Positions 1 through 10,732 are shown, numbered from the stretch's first letter. The stretch: 64,000 nt of DNA from Candidatus Aenigmatarchaeota archaeon (GCA_043814985.1 JBDRJK010000011.1:10710-74709), one strand, 5' to 3'. Notes: a model not told the origin generated them from the letters alone. Numbers and translations: made by a program.

Positions 1-77
1 AATATAACAATGATGGATATTTTCATTATGTTAGAATCATAGAAGAAAACAATAATAGTACAGAAATTTTTGAAAAA

Positions 78-506
78 ATGAAAATGTTCTGGGAAAAGGA
101 GAAAAGAGTTCCGGAGGAATGGATATCAATTCGTAGTTTGCCTGGAATTTGGACAGCTATGTTTAGTCCCGAAAATACTTACAGTAGTGCTCAACCTCCT
201 ATTCACATACTTAGATTTTATTTCAAAGATGGATTTTTTGTTTATGACAACGAGAATCCAAGACATAGAAAGATATCAAAATCTTGGAAGACTGGGGGTA
301 GGAAGAACCCTTGGAAGAATTCAGAAAACATTCATGGAAATAGTATGGAAAAAAGAATGAAGGGGAATAAATATCCTTCTCATAAATGCTTTTATGAGGA
401 CAATAGTATTGGTGCAATAATTGGTTATCACGACTATATTTCTCCTGTAATCGTGCTTGAAGATTCTGTAGAAAAAGTTGAATTTTTGAGAAACTTTAAA
501 ATTTGA
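78..506 (+). CDS. hypothetical protein (142 aa), basic, no recognisable motif
   Basis: Open frame only; convergent with aCPSF1 gene; no signal peptide/TM seen. Confidence 0.25.
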   Translation: MKMFWEKEKRVPEEWISIRSLPGIWTAMFSPENTYSSAQPPIHILRFYFKDGFFVYDNENPRHRKISKSWKTGGRKNPWKNSENIHGNSMEKRMKGNKYPSHKCFYEDNSIGAIIGYHDYISPVIVLEDSVEKVEFLRNFKI

Positions 507-509
507 TAC

Positions 510-2393
510 TCACTTCAACCTGACAGTTTCCAAATTCTTAGGGCAAATAGTCTCAACCCTGAAAATCTTGTGCAAATCCCTTGCAAGCTCAACACACTTG
601 GAGCTCTCGCCGTGGTCGACTATAATCCTCTCTGGTCTTTGTTTCAATCTTGACAAATAGTTCAATATTTGCTTATGATCCGAGTGACCGCTCAGTCCCT
701 GCACATTGAATACCTCTAGGTTTATCGGGACAGCTGATGTCCGTCCGTTCTTGCTTTCCATTGGAACTTCCTTCCACCCCTTCTGCACCCTTCTTCCAAG
801 GCTTCCCTCTGCCTGATAAGAGACAAAGATAAGGCCGTTCTTCTCGTTGTCTGCCAGGTTCTTCAGCCACCAGACACTGGGGCCTCCGACAAGCATGCCG
901 GATGTTGCAATTATAACGCACGGCTCCCCGCTTTCCAGAATCTTTTTCCTGTCCTCAGTAGAGCCGACTCTTTTGAAAATCTCGTCAGTGAACGGGTTGA
1001 TGCCCTGCTGTAAAATTAATTTCTGCATTTCCCTGTTGAAATATTCGGGATAGGCAGTGTGGATTGCAGTCGCGTCCCAGACCATGCCGTCAATGTAAAT
1101 GGGATACTTGAAGCCCGACCTTGACAAAATTGCCATGGCATCTTGGGAACGCTCAACAGCAAAGCTGGGAATCAATGCAATGCCTCCTCTTTCGCATACT
1201 TTATTGCAGGCCTCGATAACCTGCGATTCCGAGTCCGCTCTTTTGGGAGTTATGTCCTCCCTTGCCCCATAAGTTGATTCAGTGATGACTGTCTCGGCTC
1301 TTGAAAAATTGTTGCTTGCTGGCTCTAACAGCATTGTTCTATCGAACTTGAAGTCCCCAGTATAAAGGACGTTGTGCATGCCGTTCCCAATATGGACGTG
1401 GACAAGAGAACCTCCCAGAATATGTCCTGAGTTCAACAAAGTCAGTCTCATGTCAGGGGTTATGTCAGACACCTCTTCATATTTGAGGCATATCGAGTGC
1501 TTGACAGCTTCCTTGATGCCCCTGGTCGTGTAAGGCGGGGTTCTCCCTTCCCTCTGCGTCAACTCAATGTAATCCATACATAGCAGAACCATCAGGTCCC
1601 TTGTGGGAGCTGTTAAATATAATGGCCCGTCATAGCCCATCTCATACAATAATGGAATCAAACCGCAGTGGTCCAAGTGGGCGTGTGACAGGACTATTGC
1701 ATTCAATTTGTTAATATCGAATTCAGGAGCAGTAAGATAGGGGAACTCGTTGTTGCCGGGCTTTATGCCACAATCTAATAATACCCTGCTTTCAGGCGTC
1801 TGCAATAATATGCATGACCTACCAACTTCCCTGAAGCCGCCCAGAGCTGTCATCCTGATCCATTCAGTTTCCTTCCACCCGCTGTGGATGTGCTTGCCTA
1901 CCTTGTTGAGGAAATCCTTCCTGAATTTCGAATTCTTGTACAGAATGTCCCTGAGAACTTTTACAATTTCAGATGGAATTACTGGAGCCCTCTTGACAGT
2001 AGGCAGCCACCATGTCTGCTTCTTAATTTCTCTTAGGTTCTCTCCACCTTTTCCAATTACCAGACCAGGTTTTTCTGCTTCAATTGTGACAGAGCCGAAC
2101 TCAGGCTCAAAGTCCATGTCGACCAAGCCAGCCTCCTTTGGGACAATAATCTTTATTATTTCCTTTGTCTCTTCAATGTCCCTGCAAATGGACGGGTCAG
2201 GCCTCAGTATCACCCTCTTCTTTATGGTCGACACCAGCATCTTTATCTCCTGACTATCTGAAACAAAGAAGTCCTTGCTCTTGGTGTAAAGAACTATCTC
2301 GCAGCCCTCGTACATTATGTCAGAAATCTTCGCATCTTTAGGAAGACTTTCCTTTACCCTGTCGAATAAATCACTAGTTTTTTCCTCTACCAT
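510..2393 (-). CDS. archaeal CPSF1-type beta-CASP ribonuclease with N-terminal KH domains
   Basis: 627 aa; metallo-beta-lactamase motif 'SHAHLDHCG', N-terminal KH-like 'VIGKGG', beta-CASP region; typical aCPSF1 length. Confidence 0.9.
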   Translation of the reverse strand: MVEEKTSDLFDRVKESLPKDAKISDIMYEGCEIVLYTKSKDFFVSDSQEIKMLVSTIKKRVILRPDPSICRDIEETKEIIKIIVPKEAGLVDMDFEPEFGSVTIEAEKPGLVIGKGGENLREIKKQTWWLPTVKRAPVIPSEIVKVLRDILYKNSKFRKDFLNKVGKHIHSGWKETEWIRMTALGGFREVGRSCILLQTPESRVLLDCGIKPGNNEFPYLTAPEFDINKLNAIVLSHAHLDHCGLIPLLYEMGYDGPLYLTAPTRDLMVLLCMDYIELTQREGRTPPYTTRGIKEAVKHSICLKYEEVSDITPDMRLTLLNSGHILGGSLVHVHIGNGMHNVLYTGDFKFDRTMLLEPASNNFSRAETVITESTYGAREDITPKRADSESQVIEACNKVCERGGIALIPSFAVERSQDAMAILSRSGFKYPIYIDGMVWDATAIHTAYPEYFNREMQKLILQQGINPFTDEIFKRVGSTEDRKKILESGEPCVIIATSGMLVGGPSVWWLKNLADNEKNGLIFVSYQAEGSLGRRVQKGWKEVPMESKNGRTSAVPINLEVFNVQGLSGHSDHKQILNYLSRLKQRPERIIVDHGESSKCVELARDLHKIFRVETICPKNLETVRLK

Positions 2394-2451
2394 AAAATTC
2401 CCTCTTTAAAGCAATTTCAAGAATAATAACAGTCTTCAATCATAAAAGCAA

Positions 2452-3081
2452 TCACGAATATTTTTTGACTTCCTGTTCAGACAGCTGCTTAAAGCCGTTT
2501 TTATCAATGACAGCAACCTCTATCCTCTTCCCGCCAGATGCGATATCCCTTTCCTTTGCAGCCTTGATAGCATTGATGACTAGGGCGATTGCATCTGCTG
2601 TTGTCATGTTCTCCTTGAAGCCAGCCTCTAAAACACCATAAGCAAATGGAGAACCAGATCCAGTCGAGTAGTACTTGTCATTGTGGTCATAACCGCCGAA
2701 CGGGTCAAACGAGTAAACATTAGGCTCCTTGTCAAAACCTGCCAGGATGAACTGGTTTATGTAAGGATAGTACTTGGAACCGTGCATTATGTTTGATAAA
2801 AGATTGGCTGCAGCCTTGACTGTTATTGGTCCCCTTTCAAGCTTGAATAAATTGAACTGCGCCTTTAGTAGTCTGACCATTGACTGGGCGTCGCCGACTC
2901 CTCCTGCTATTGTCAGGCCGATGTGGTCGTCCAGTTTGTATATCTTCTGCGCCAATTTCGAGTCCACCATGTAGCCCATTGTGGACTTCTGCTCTGCAGC
3001 TATGACAACAGAGTCCTTTGTAATCAGACCGATTGTAGTTGTTCCTTTTTTTACATCCATTAGTTCACCAGAATTTGACAA
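2452..3081 (-). CDS. psmB: proteasome subunit beta
   Basis: Propeptide followed by 'GTTTIGL' catalytic Thr region; 209 aa. Confidence 0.9.
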   Translation of the reverse strand: MSNSGELMDVKKGTTTIGLITKDSVVIAAEQKSTMGYMVDSKLAQKIYKLDDHIGLTIAGGVGDAQSMVRLLKAQFNLFKLERGPITVKAAANLLSNIMHGSKYYPYINQFILAGFDKEPNVYSFDPFGGYDHNDKYYSTGSGSPFAYGVLEAGFKENMTTADAIALVINAIKAAKERDIASGGKRIEVAVIDKNGFKQLSEQEVKKYS

Positions 3082-3123
3082 TTAATGATAATATGAAATG
3101 AATGTATATAAAGATTACGGTGA

Positions 3124-4569
3124 TTAGTAGGTCCTTGCGAAGTTGGCAACAACTTTGGCCTTTTTGCCGCAAACAATGCAGTTGCAGGACACTTTTCCCT
3201 GCTTGAATGGAATATTCGTTATCTTGGCTCCTGTTTCATCCTTTACCTTGTCCTCGCATTCCCTCTTTTCGCACCAACATGCTTGTATTATGCCGCCTTT
3301 TTCTAGGGCCTTCTTGAACTCCTCAAAGGTTTTGACCTTGTGTATGTTCTCGTTGAGGAACTTTGTTGCTTTATCCAATAGATTCTTGTGTATGTCGTCC
3401 AACAGGGCCTTTACTTTTGGAGCGACCTTATCAACTTTAACTATTTCCTTTTTACCGCTATCCCTTCTTACTAGCACCACCTGATTTTTCTCAACATCTT
3501 TAGGTCCTATCTCTATCCGCAATGGTACTCCCTTGAGTTCCCACTCGTTGAACTTGAAGCCAGGAGAGAAGCCGTCCCTATCATCAACATAAGTCCTGAA
3601 TTTTGTCTTGATTTCTTTATCCAATTTTCCAGCTTCCTTTACTATCTTGTCTCTTGTCTTTGAATTGTAAATCGGAACTATGACAACCTGGATGCTGGCA
3701 ACCTTTGGTGGAAGAACCAAGCCCTTGTCGTCTCCATGGGCAGCAATCATGACACCAATATTTCTTGTTGAAATAGCCCATGTGTTCTGCCAGGCAAACT
3801 TGTTCTCCTTTTTTTCATCAAGGAAAGTTATATTGAACGCCTTGGAGAATTTCTGCCCATCATGGTGGAAGTCAGGCCCCTGTATTGCCTTTCCATCGGG
3901 CAAGAGATGCTCTATGGTGGTTGTGAAGACAGCTCCAGCGAACTTTTCCTTGTCAGACTTCCTTCCCATTATTCCCGGCAAGGCCATGACATCTTCTGTG
4001 ATTTTTTTGTAAATATCCATGATTTGCTTCTCCTCACCCAAGGCCTCTTTTTCAGTTGCGAAAACAGTGTGTCCTTCATTCCAGAGGAACTCCCTTGTTC
4101 TCAAGAATGGAACAGCGTGCTTGAATTCCCATCTTATCACATTGTTCCACTGGTTGTATCTCATTGGCAAGTCTCTCCAGGACCTTATCCATTTTGAATA
4201 GCTTGGATACATTATTGTTTCGGAAGTAGGTCTTATAGCAAGTCTCTCATCAAGCTCACTGCTGCCGGTGTGGGTTACCCATGCGACCTCCGGTGAGAAG
4301 CCCTCAACATGCTCCTTTTCCTTGTTCAACAACCTCTCGGGAATTAATAAAGGAAAGTAAACATTCTTTATTCCTATTTTTTTGAACTCGTTGTCCGTGA
4401 ACTTTTGAATCTGCTCCCAGATGAAATATGCGTCAGGCCTCAGGATTATGCAGCCTGACACATCACTATACTCAGTCAGACCGGACTTCTGCAGAACCTC
4501 TAGGTACCACTTACCAAAATCTTCAGACTTTTTAAACGTTAACCCAAGCTCTTCGGACATTTGACTCAC
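3124..4569 (-). CDS. proS: prolyl-tRNA synthetase (archaeal/eukaryotic type)
   Basis: 481 aa class II aaRS; C-terminal Zn-binding Cys cluster 'CWCEKRECE...CNCIVCGK'. Confidence 0.85.
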   Translation of the reverse strand: MSQMSEELGLTFKKSEDFGKWYLEVLQKSGLTEYSDVSGCIILRPDAYFIWEQIQKFTDNEFKKIGIKNVYFPLLIPERLLNKEKEHVEGFSPEVAWVTHTGSSELDERLAIRPTSETIMYPSYSKWIRSWRDLPMRYNQWNNVIRWEFKHAVPFLRTREFLWNEGHTVFATEKEALGEEKQIMDIYKKITEDVMALPGIMGRKSDKEKFAGAVFTTTIEHLLPDGKAIQGPDFHHDGQKFSKAFNITFLDEKKENKFAWQNTWAISTRNIGVMIAAHGDDKGLVLPPKVASIQVVIVPIYNSKTRDKIVKEAGKLDKEIKTKFRTYVDDRDGFSPGFKFNEWELKGVPLRIEIGPKDVEKNQVVLVRRDSGKKEIVKVDKVAPKVKALLDDIHKNLLDKATKFLNENIHKVKTFEEFKKALEKGGIIQACWCEKRECEDKVKDETGAKITNIPFKQGKVSCNCIVCGKKAKVVANFARTY

Positions 4570-4650
4570 TTTTAATTTTGTTTCCTTTAATTTAAATCTA
4601 ATTTAAACCTTTATTAATTTTTACTTGCATAAACTATTAATCGTGATTCT

Positions 4651-5850
4651 ATGAAGATTGGGATTTTTTCTGATTGTCATTGTGGTTACAAGTACGATGA
4701 AGAGAGGGGAGAGGACAGCTTTATTGCTTTGAATGAGGCTATGGACAAGATCTCGGATTGCGACTTGATTTTGATAGCGGGCGATTTGTTCGATACTAGG
4801 ATTCCCAAGCCGGAAGTCTTCGCAAAAACCGCGAGGATACTCAGCAAGGCACAGAACATCCCCTCCAGGACAAATTTTTTAGAAATAATCAACAAGGAAA
4901 GGCGCGAGCTATCGCCCTCAGCCCTGAGGGGAATACCCATTGTTGTTATTCACGGGACGCACGAGAAGAGGAGCAAGTACATGATAAATCCCATGCAGTC
5001 ATTGGAGCATTCTGGCCTGGTTGTTCATCTTGATTCTGCCACAGCTGTCTTTGAAATTGACGGGGAGAAGGTTGCAATACACGGCATGAGCGGCGTCTCT
5101 GACAGGTACGCCAAAGACAAGCTAATGCAATGGGACCCGAAGCCTGTCCCGAACGCGAAGAACATCTTCATGATACACCAGAGCATTGACCCCTACATAT
5201 ATTCTCCTTTGGAACCGCCGTCAATAAAACTGGACGACCTTCCAAAGGGTTTTGACCTTTATGTTCTAGGCCATATGCACTGGAGCGAGATAAAGCCGTT
5301 CAAGGACGGCCAGCTTCTATTATGCGGGAGCACTGTCCCAACATCAATACACAAGATAGAGTCGGAACAGGGGAAGTTTATTTACAAGTACAACAATGTT
5401 GTTGAAAAGATACCTTTGGAGAAGCAGAGGAAAATAATCTGGAAGGAGTTCGAGGTATCGCCTAACATAATAGATACTGTTGAGAACTTTGTTCAGACAC
5501 TTTCATTGTCAAAGCCCAAGCCGATCATAAACATAAAGATAAAGGGGACTATTAAAAATGATGTCCTGCTGCCGAAATTCTCAAAGGTCGAGGAGAAGTT
5601 CAGCGAGAAGGCAATCATAAACATTAACAAGAACTTGCAGGTCGAGGGATTCCAAGAACAAATTGAGATGCTAAAGACACTGAGAGACCAGAGGCTCTCT
5701 CCCGAGGAGCATGGATTGAAAATTCTACAAGAAAATTTAAAGCAGGTTAATTGCGGTATAAAAGTTGATGAGATATTCGAATACTTGGTTGAAGGAAACA
5801 CAGATTTGATATTCAACCTGTTAATTGGTAATCAAAAGAGATTAGAATGA
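4651..5850 (+). CDS. mre11: DNA double-strand break repair nuclease Mre11
   Basis: Metallophosphoesterase motifs 'FSDCHCG','AGDLFD','HGTHE','GHMH'; 4-bp overlap with rad50. Confidence 0.9.
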   Translation: MKIGIFSDCHCGYKYDEERGEDSFIALNEAMDKISDCDLILIAGDLFDTRIPKPEVFAKTARILSKAQNIPSRTNFLEIINKERRELSPSALRGIPIVVIHGTHEKRSKYMINPMQSLEHSGLVVHLDSATAVFEIDGEKVAIHGMSGVSDRYAKDKLMQWDPKPVPNAKNIFMIHQSIDPYIYSPLEPPSIKLDDLPKGFDLYVLGHMHWSEIKPFKDGQLLLCGSTVPTSIHKIESEQGKFIYKYNNVVEKIPLEKQRKIIWKEFEVSPNIIDTVENFVQTLSLSKPKPIINIKIKGTIKNDVLLPKFSKVEEKFSEKAIININKNLQVEGFQEQIEMLKTLRDQRLSPEEHGLKILQENLKQVNCGIKVDEIFEYLVEGNTDLIFNLLIGNQKRLE

Positions 5851-8219
5851 TAACAAAAGTCAAGCTAAAAAATTGGAGAAGCCACTTGGATAGTGAATTT
5901 AATTTTTCCGATGGGACAAACTGTTTTGTGGGCTCAATGGGATCAGGCAAGACATCTGTGATGGATGCAATATGCTTTGGTCTGTTCGGAACATTCCTGC
6001 AATTGCAACAGAGAAAATTAAAACTGGAAGACATTGTGATGAAGAAACCAGTGAAAAAGGACAAGGCAGAAGTTTCTGTTTATTTTGACATCAATGGGAC
6101 AGAGTTCAATGTCAAGAGGATAATAGAGAACGGAAGGTCTTCAGCTGAGTTAAGGAAGAATGGTGAATTGATTGAGGGTCCCCATGCAACCAAGGTGACA
6201 AAAGAGGTTGAAAGGATATTGAAGATGGACTATGATTTGTTCACAAGAGCTGTATATTCTGAACAAAACCAATTGGACATGTTCCTGACAATACCGAAGG
6301 GAGAAAGAATGAAAAAGATTGACCAGCTGCTAGCAATAGACAAGTTTGAGAAGGCCAGGGCAAACACGAGGTCCTTGGTCAGCAGGTGCCTTGACCTGTT
6401 GAGGGAAAAGGAGAGGATTGTCAAGAACCTCGAGGCAGATGAGAGCCTGAAGAAGATTGAGTTGTTGAGAAGACAGTTTATGGAATACAAGGAAAAGGAA
6501 GTCAAGTTCAAAAAACAGCTGGAGGACATTGTCAAGAAAAAGTCAAGGACTGAAAAGGACATCATTGTTCTCAAGACACAGCAAAAAAGAATGCAGGAGA
6601 TAGAGGAAGAGAAAAAGAAGTTCACTGCATTGCTGGAGGTCACGGAAAAGGACATAGAAAAACTGAAGGACGAGCTGGTCGAGTTTGCGGAAATGACAAA
6701 GGACCAGATGGAAAAGGAAGCTGAAATAATATCAGGAGACATCCAAGAGCTTAACTTGCAAATAGAGAGCGAAAGACAAAGCATGGACAAGCTAAGGGGA
6801 GAATATGCAGAGGACAATGCTGCCATAAATCTGATAGAGTCAGAGCGGTTGCCGAAGGTCATGGAAAATGTCGAAGAGCTAAGGAGCATTGAAAAGAGAT
6901 TGAAGAAAAGTCCATTGAGAAAACTTGAATCCGAACTAAGCAAGAGCAGGAGTTCATTGGAGAATGGCCAGATAAAACTGCAAAAGTCAATTGTCAAACT
7001 TTCTGAGATAGAGGATTCAATTAATGAGTTGAATCTTGCTGGGAGCGCATGTCCTGTTTGTGATGGCAAGCTGCCGCCAGCAAAGAAAACCAAGCTGCTA
7101 ACAACAAAAAAGAAGAAAATAGATGAATTGAAAAAGGAAATTAAAAAACTTCAGCCAGATGTAATCAAGATTAAAAGATCAATAAATAAACTCGAGGAAG
7201 AAATCAACGAAACAAAATTATTGAAGCAGAAATTCGAGGAACTGAAGGATTCTGAAAAGGAAATGAGAAGCCTGAATGATCTGCTGAATAAATCCAAGTC
7301 AAAGACAAAGGTTTTCGATACCCAGAAGAGGATGTTCGAGAAAAACATACAGATGCTCGAGGACAGCCTCAGCAAATTCAGGGAAAAGCAGGAAAAAATC
7401 AAAAAGTTCCTATCAAAAGAGGAAGAGGTGACTGAAAAGCTTAACAGGTCAAAGAAGTACAGGCAGGATTTGGTCATGCTGGACAAGGAAAAGGAGCAGT
7501 ACCTGTCATTCTCCCCAGCAATCTTGGATAAGTACGAGTCAGACTACAGGTCTATCATTATTCTGGAAAGGGAGATAGAGACAAATCTGAAAAACCTTTC
7601 AACCATACTGGACGAGAAGAAAAATCTTCTTGACGAGATAAAAAGCAAAAAGGAAATGCTAGAAAACTTCATGCTTGAAATAAGAAAGACCCATGCAATA
7701 ACAGACCAGCTGAAACTTCTGGCAAACGCCCTTGTCATCACACAGGAACAATTGAGAAAGGAGTTCGTGTCAGCTGTCAACGAGGCAATGCAGACCATAT
7801 GGAACGAGCTCTACCCCTACAAGGACATCTACAACATTAGATTAGGTATTGAGGGCGGTGACTATGTCTTGCAATTACAGGATTCGACTGGATGGATACC
7901 TGCTGACGGAATCGCATCAGGTGGAGAAAGGTCAATGGCCGCCCTTACATTGAGGATTGCCTTTTCATTGGTTCTGGCTCCGCAGTTGAAATGGCTGGTT
8001 CTTGACGAGCCAACACATAATTTGGACAGCAGGGCTGTTGATGAGTTGGCAAATGTTCTAAGGGAGAGGATAAACAGCTTTGTCGACCAGGTGTTCCTGA
8101 TAACCCACGACCCCTCTCTGGAGAATGCTGTTTCCGGTTATCTGTACAGGTTGGATAGGGAGAAGGAGAAGGACGGCTTCACTAAAGTGTCACTTGTTTC
8201 AGGGCCTGATGTATTATAA
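5847..8219 (+). CDS. rad50: DNA double-strand break repair ATPase Rad50
   Basis: Walker A 'GSMGSGKTS', long coiled coil, zinc hook 'CPVCDG', ABC signature 'SGGERS', Walker B 'LVLDEP'. Confidence 0.9.
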   Translation: MITKVKLKNWRSHLDSEFNFSDGTNCFVGSMGSGKTSVMDAICFGLFGTFLQLQQRKLKLEDIVMKKPVKKDKAEVSVYFDINGTEFNVKRIIENGRSSAELRKNGELIEGPHATKVTKEVERILKMDYDLFTRAVYSEQNQLDMFLTIPKGERMKKIDQLLAIDKFEKARANTRSLVSRCLDLLREKERIVKNLEADESLKKIELLRRQFMEYKEKEVKFKKQLEDIVKKKSRTEKDIIVLKTQQKRMQEIEEEKKKFTALLEVTEKDIEKLKDELVEFAEMTKDQMEKEAEIISGDIQELNLQIESERQSMDKLRGEYAEDNAAINLIESERLPKVMENVEELRSIEKRLKKSPLRKLESELSKSRSSLENGQIKLQKSIVKLSEIEDSINELNLAGSACPVCDGKLPPAKKTKLLTTKKKKIDELKKEIKKLQPDVIKIKRSINKLEEEINETKLLKQKFEELKDSEKEMRSLNDLLNKSKSKTKVFDTQKRMFEKNIQMLEDSLSKFREKQEKIKKFLSKEEEVTEKLNRSKKYRQDLVMLDKEKEQYLSFSPAILDKYESDYRSIIILEREIETNLKNLSTILDEKKNLLDEIKSKKEMLENFMLEIRKTHAITDQLKLLANALVITQEQLRKEFVSAVNEAMQTIWNELYPYKDIYNIRLGIEGGDYVLQLQDSTGWIPADGIASGGERSMAALTLRIAFSLVLAPQLKWLVLDEPTHNLDSRAVDELANVLRERINSFVDQVFLITHDPSLENAVSGYLYRLDREKEKDGFTKVSLVSGPDVL

Positions 8220-8283
8220 ACTTAAAAAAAAGAGTTAAAAAATAAAAGTCAGCTTAATATCTTTTTCTACCGAATTAAGTTTT

Positions 8284-8799
8284 ATGGACGAAGACGGTGG
8301 AATTATGGGAGTTATAGACGAGTTCAGAGGAAGGCTCCCCAAGTTCCAGGACGGAAGAATAGACTATTCGAAATCCGACAAGGCTCCTGTCATAACTGTT
8401 TTTGTAAAATGCAAGAACAAGATTCTACTGCTGAAGCGGAGCAACAAGGTCAACGATTATCAGGGGAAATGGAATGCTGTTGCTGGCTATCTGGACAAGA
8501 TGATACCTGTGCAGGAAAAAGTTCTGGAGGAGATAGAGGAGGAGCTGGGGATTGAGAAGAAATGGATCATGTCAATACGCATTGGAAAGCCCTATGAAAT
8601 TGTGGACAGCGAAATAAACAAAACATGGATCGTCAATCCCGTGATTGTCGAATTAAAAGAATTCCCAAACATCAGACTAAACTTCGAACACACTGAGTTC
8701 AAGTGGATAAGAAAGGACGAACTGGTCAACTTTGACACTATTCCGAGACTGAAAAGCTTCTTTGAGGACTATGTGCACATGAGAACAATCATCTTTTGA
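8284..8799 (+). CDS. Nudix-family hydrolase (probable)
   Basis: Nudix-box-like 'AGYLD...EKVLEEIEEELGI'. Confidence 0.45.
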   Translation: MDEDGGIMGVIDEFRGRLPKFQDGRIDYSKSDKAPVITVFVKCKNKILLLKRSNKVNDYQGKWNAVAGYLDKMIPVQEKVLEEIEEELGIEKKWIMSIRIGKPYEIVDSEINKTWIVNPVIVELKEFPNIRLNFEHTEFKWIRKDELVNFDTIPRLKSFFEDYVHMRTIIF

Positions 8800-8841
8800 T
8801 AACATACTTAAATTAATAATCTTTGCAAATAAAATAAAACC

Positions 8842-9585
8842 ATGGAGATAAAATTTCTCACAGAGCCGGCATTGCTGTTAAAAAACAAAGTGTTGGTGGT
8901 GGCTGATTTGCACATTGGATTGGAGAATGAAATCCTCAAGTCGGGAATAACAGTGCCATCTCAGATTGAAAAGTTGAAAGAAAAGATTGACAATTTAATA
9001 AAGCAGACCAGAGCAAAACATCTTGTGTTTTTAGGCGACTTAAAGCACCAGGTCCCTTCAATTTCCTGGCAGGAGCAGAAGGAGATTCCTGAATTCCTGA
9101 ACCATTTTTCTAAATTAAAAGTTTCAATAGTCAAGGGAAACCACGACGGCAACATAGAGAGGCTGGCGCCAAAGGATATCGACATCTACGAACCCACAGG
9201 TTTTAAATTGGATAATTTCCTTTTGACACACGGTCAGGCTTGGCCTCTGAAAAAAGACTTGGGCGTTGAATATATTTTAATGGGTCATGTGCACCCTGCT
9301 GTAGAGTTCTGGAACGAGAACTTCAGAAGCACAGAGCCTTGCTGGATTAAATGTGGGATTGATAATGAGGAGCTTTTCAAGAAATACAAAATAAAGACTG
9401 ATGTCAAGCAAGGAATAGTGATGCCCGCTTTCAACCATTTAATTGGTGGTATGGCTTTCAACTCTGATGACTTCAAGCCACTTGGACCTCTGCTGAATAA
9501 TAATATATTAAAATGGAAAAAATCAGAAGTTTACCTTCTAGATGGAACATATTTAGGAAAGTTAGAAGATTTGAAACAAAAGTAA
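8842..9585 (+). CDS. ICC-like metallophosphoesterase (COG1407/PdeM-like)
   Basis: Calcineurin-like motifs 'VVADLHIG','FLGDLKH','GNHDG','LTHGQ','MGHVHP'. Confidence 0.6.
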   Translation: MEIKFLTEPALLLKNKVLVVADLHIGLENEILKSGITVPSQIEKLKEKIDNLIKQTRAKHLVFLGDLKHQVPSISWQEQKEIPEFLNHFSKLKVSIVKGNHDGNIERLAPKDIDIYEPTGFKLDNFLLTHGQAWPLKKDLGVEYILMGHVHPAVEFWNENFRSTEPCWIKCGIDNEELFKKYKIKTDVKQGIVMPAFNHLIGGMAFNSDDFKPLGPLLNNNILKWKKSEVYLLDGTYLGKLEDLKQK

Positions 9586-9595
9586 ACCAACTTTA

Positions 9596-9940
9596 TTAGA
9601 TGTAAACAAAAGAAGAAGTTATCCTTCTTCTCTCATCTTCCGGTATTTGTTCCAATTTCTCATTTACTTCCTTATAATCTCCTTCCCATATTCTTTTACC
9701 GTTTTTCTCAATATCATCTAAAAGATTTAGATGTGACAAAATTTTAACTGTTTTTCTTCTCTGCTTTTTATATTTTAAATTTTCTATTCTTTTTTGGGTT
9801 TCGTTACCCATTTCCTTTATTAAATTAGGTCGAATTTTATATTCTCCGCTCTGAATCATATATATTATTTTTCCAAATCTTGCATCCTGTTCTTCTATTG
9901 GTAAATCAAATTCGTCAATCGTTGATTTCATGTTTCCCAC
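9596..9940 (-). CDS. hypothetical basic protein (114 aa)
   Basis: ORF only. Confidence 0.3.
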   Translation of the reverse strand: MGNMKSTIDEFDLPIEEQDARFGKIIYMIQSGEYKIRPNLIKEMGNETQKRIENLKYKKQRRKTVKILSHLNLLDDIEKNGKRIWEGDYKEVNEKLEQIPEDERRRITSSFVYI

Positions 9941-9994
9941 TATAAAAAATAACAGAAAGTAGATATTTAAACTTAACCCTTCAGAATGAGTAAA

Positions 9995-10303
9995 CTACTC
10001 AACGGCCTTGACAGAGCCGCCCTTTCCTAATCCCAGTTGAAGTTCCTCTCTGAACTGCTTGGTAAAGCCGTTTGCCACCTCAACTTCCTTTCCCTTCTCA
10101 ATTCCTTCGCTCTGCTTTCCCCATAGAGTCAACTTTATAGAACCGGATCCGTCCTCAAGTGTAGCTTCAACAAGCTTTGTGACAGTTCCGAACTTAGTCA
10201 TGACTTCCCTGGGTTCAGACATTTCAGCAACAGTTGCTTTCAATTCTATGTTGTTCATTCCCGTTTTTAGTTCATTTATAGTTACCATATTATCAGTTAT
10301 CAA
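9995..10303 (-). CDS. ssb: single-OB-fold ssDNA-binding protein (SSB/RPA-like)
   Basis: Close pattern match to crenarchaeal-type SSB OB fold: 'ELKTGM..IELKATV...TKFG...LVEATLEDGSGSIKLTLWGKQ'. Confidence 0.7.
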   Translation of the reverse strand: MITDNMVTINELKTGMNNIELKATVAEMSEPREVMTKFGTVTKLVEATLEDGSGSIKLTLWGKQSEGIEKGKEVEVANGFTKQFREELQLGLGKGGSVKAVE

Positions 10304-10318
10304 TTATACTTTATAAAC

Positions 10319-10732
10319 TTATATTATTGTTCCTGTCCAATAAATCATCAATAATAGCACTAGTATCAGGAGATACTCGCCGAAGCCTCCTGTTTTTATG
10401 GGGCCGTTGAACTTGGGCTTCTTCACAGGCCAGAGAGGCATTATCCCCCTATGTGTCAGCGAGTCTCCGATTAAGTGGCTGAAGAACCCGATAGAAAGAA
10501 TTATTGCGGCAATCCTGTCCAACAGTCCTAATTGAAAACCTATGAAAAGGACTATCACCAAGAACCAGACATTGTGGAATACCTTCCTGTGGTATTTTCT
10601 GAACTTGAAATCAAAGTCAGGCAACAGAACTCCCACAAAGGCGAAGAGCGACATGTATATGGGGAAATCGAGGACAAACCCGAAAAGTATCAGGGTCAGA
10701 AAAGCGAATATTATGTGCGTCACTTTTTGCAT
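10319..10732 (-). CDS. membrane-bound metal-dependent hydrolase (DUF457/YdjM-like)
   Basis: 4 TM segments, His-rich 'FFSHLIGDSLTHRG'. Confidence 0.4.
   Translation of the reverse strand: MQKVTHIIFAFLTLILFGFVLDFPIYMSLFAFVGVLLPDFDFKFRKYHRKVFHNVWFLVIVLFIGFQLGLLDRIAAIILSIGFFSHLIGDSLTHRGIMPLWPVKKPKFNGPIKTGGFGEYLLILVLLLMIYWTGTII

Noticed and set aside
6230-7798. Long Ser/Leu/Phe-rich minus-strand ORFs (287, 111, 84 aa) inside rad50
   Set aside because: Antisense shadow ORFs produced by the Lys/Glu-rich coiled-coil codon pattern of rad50; low-complexity translations; fully contained in a confidently assigned gene.
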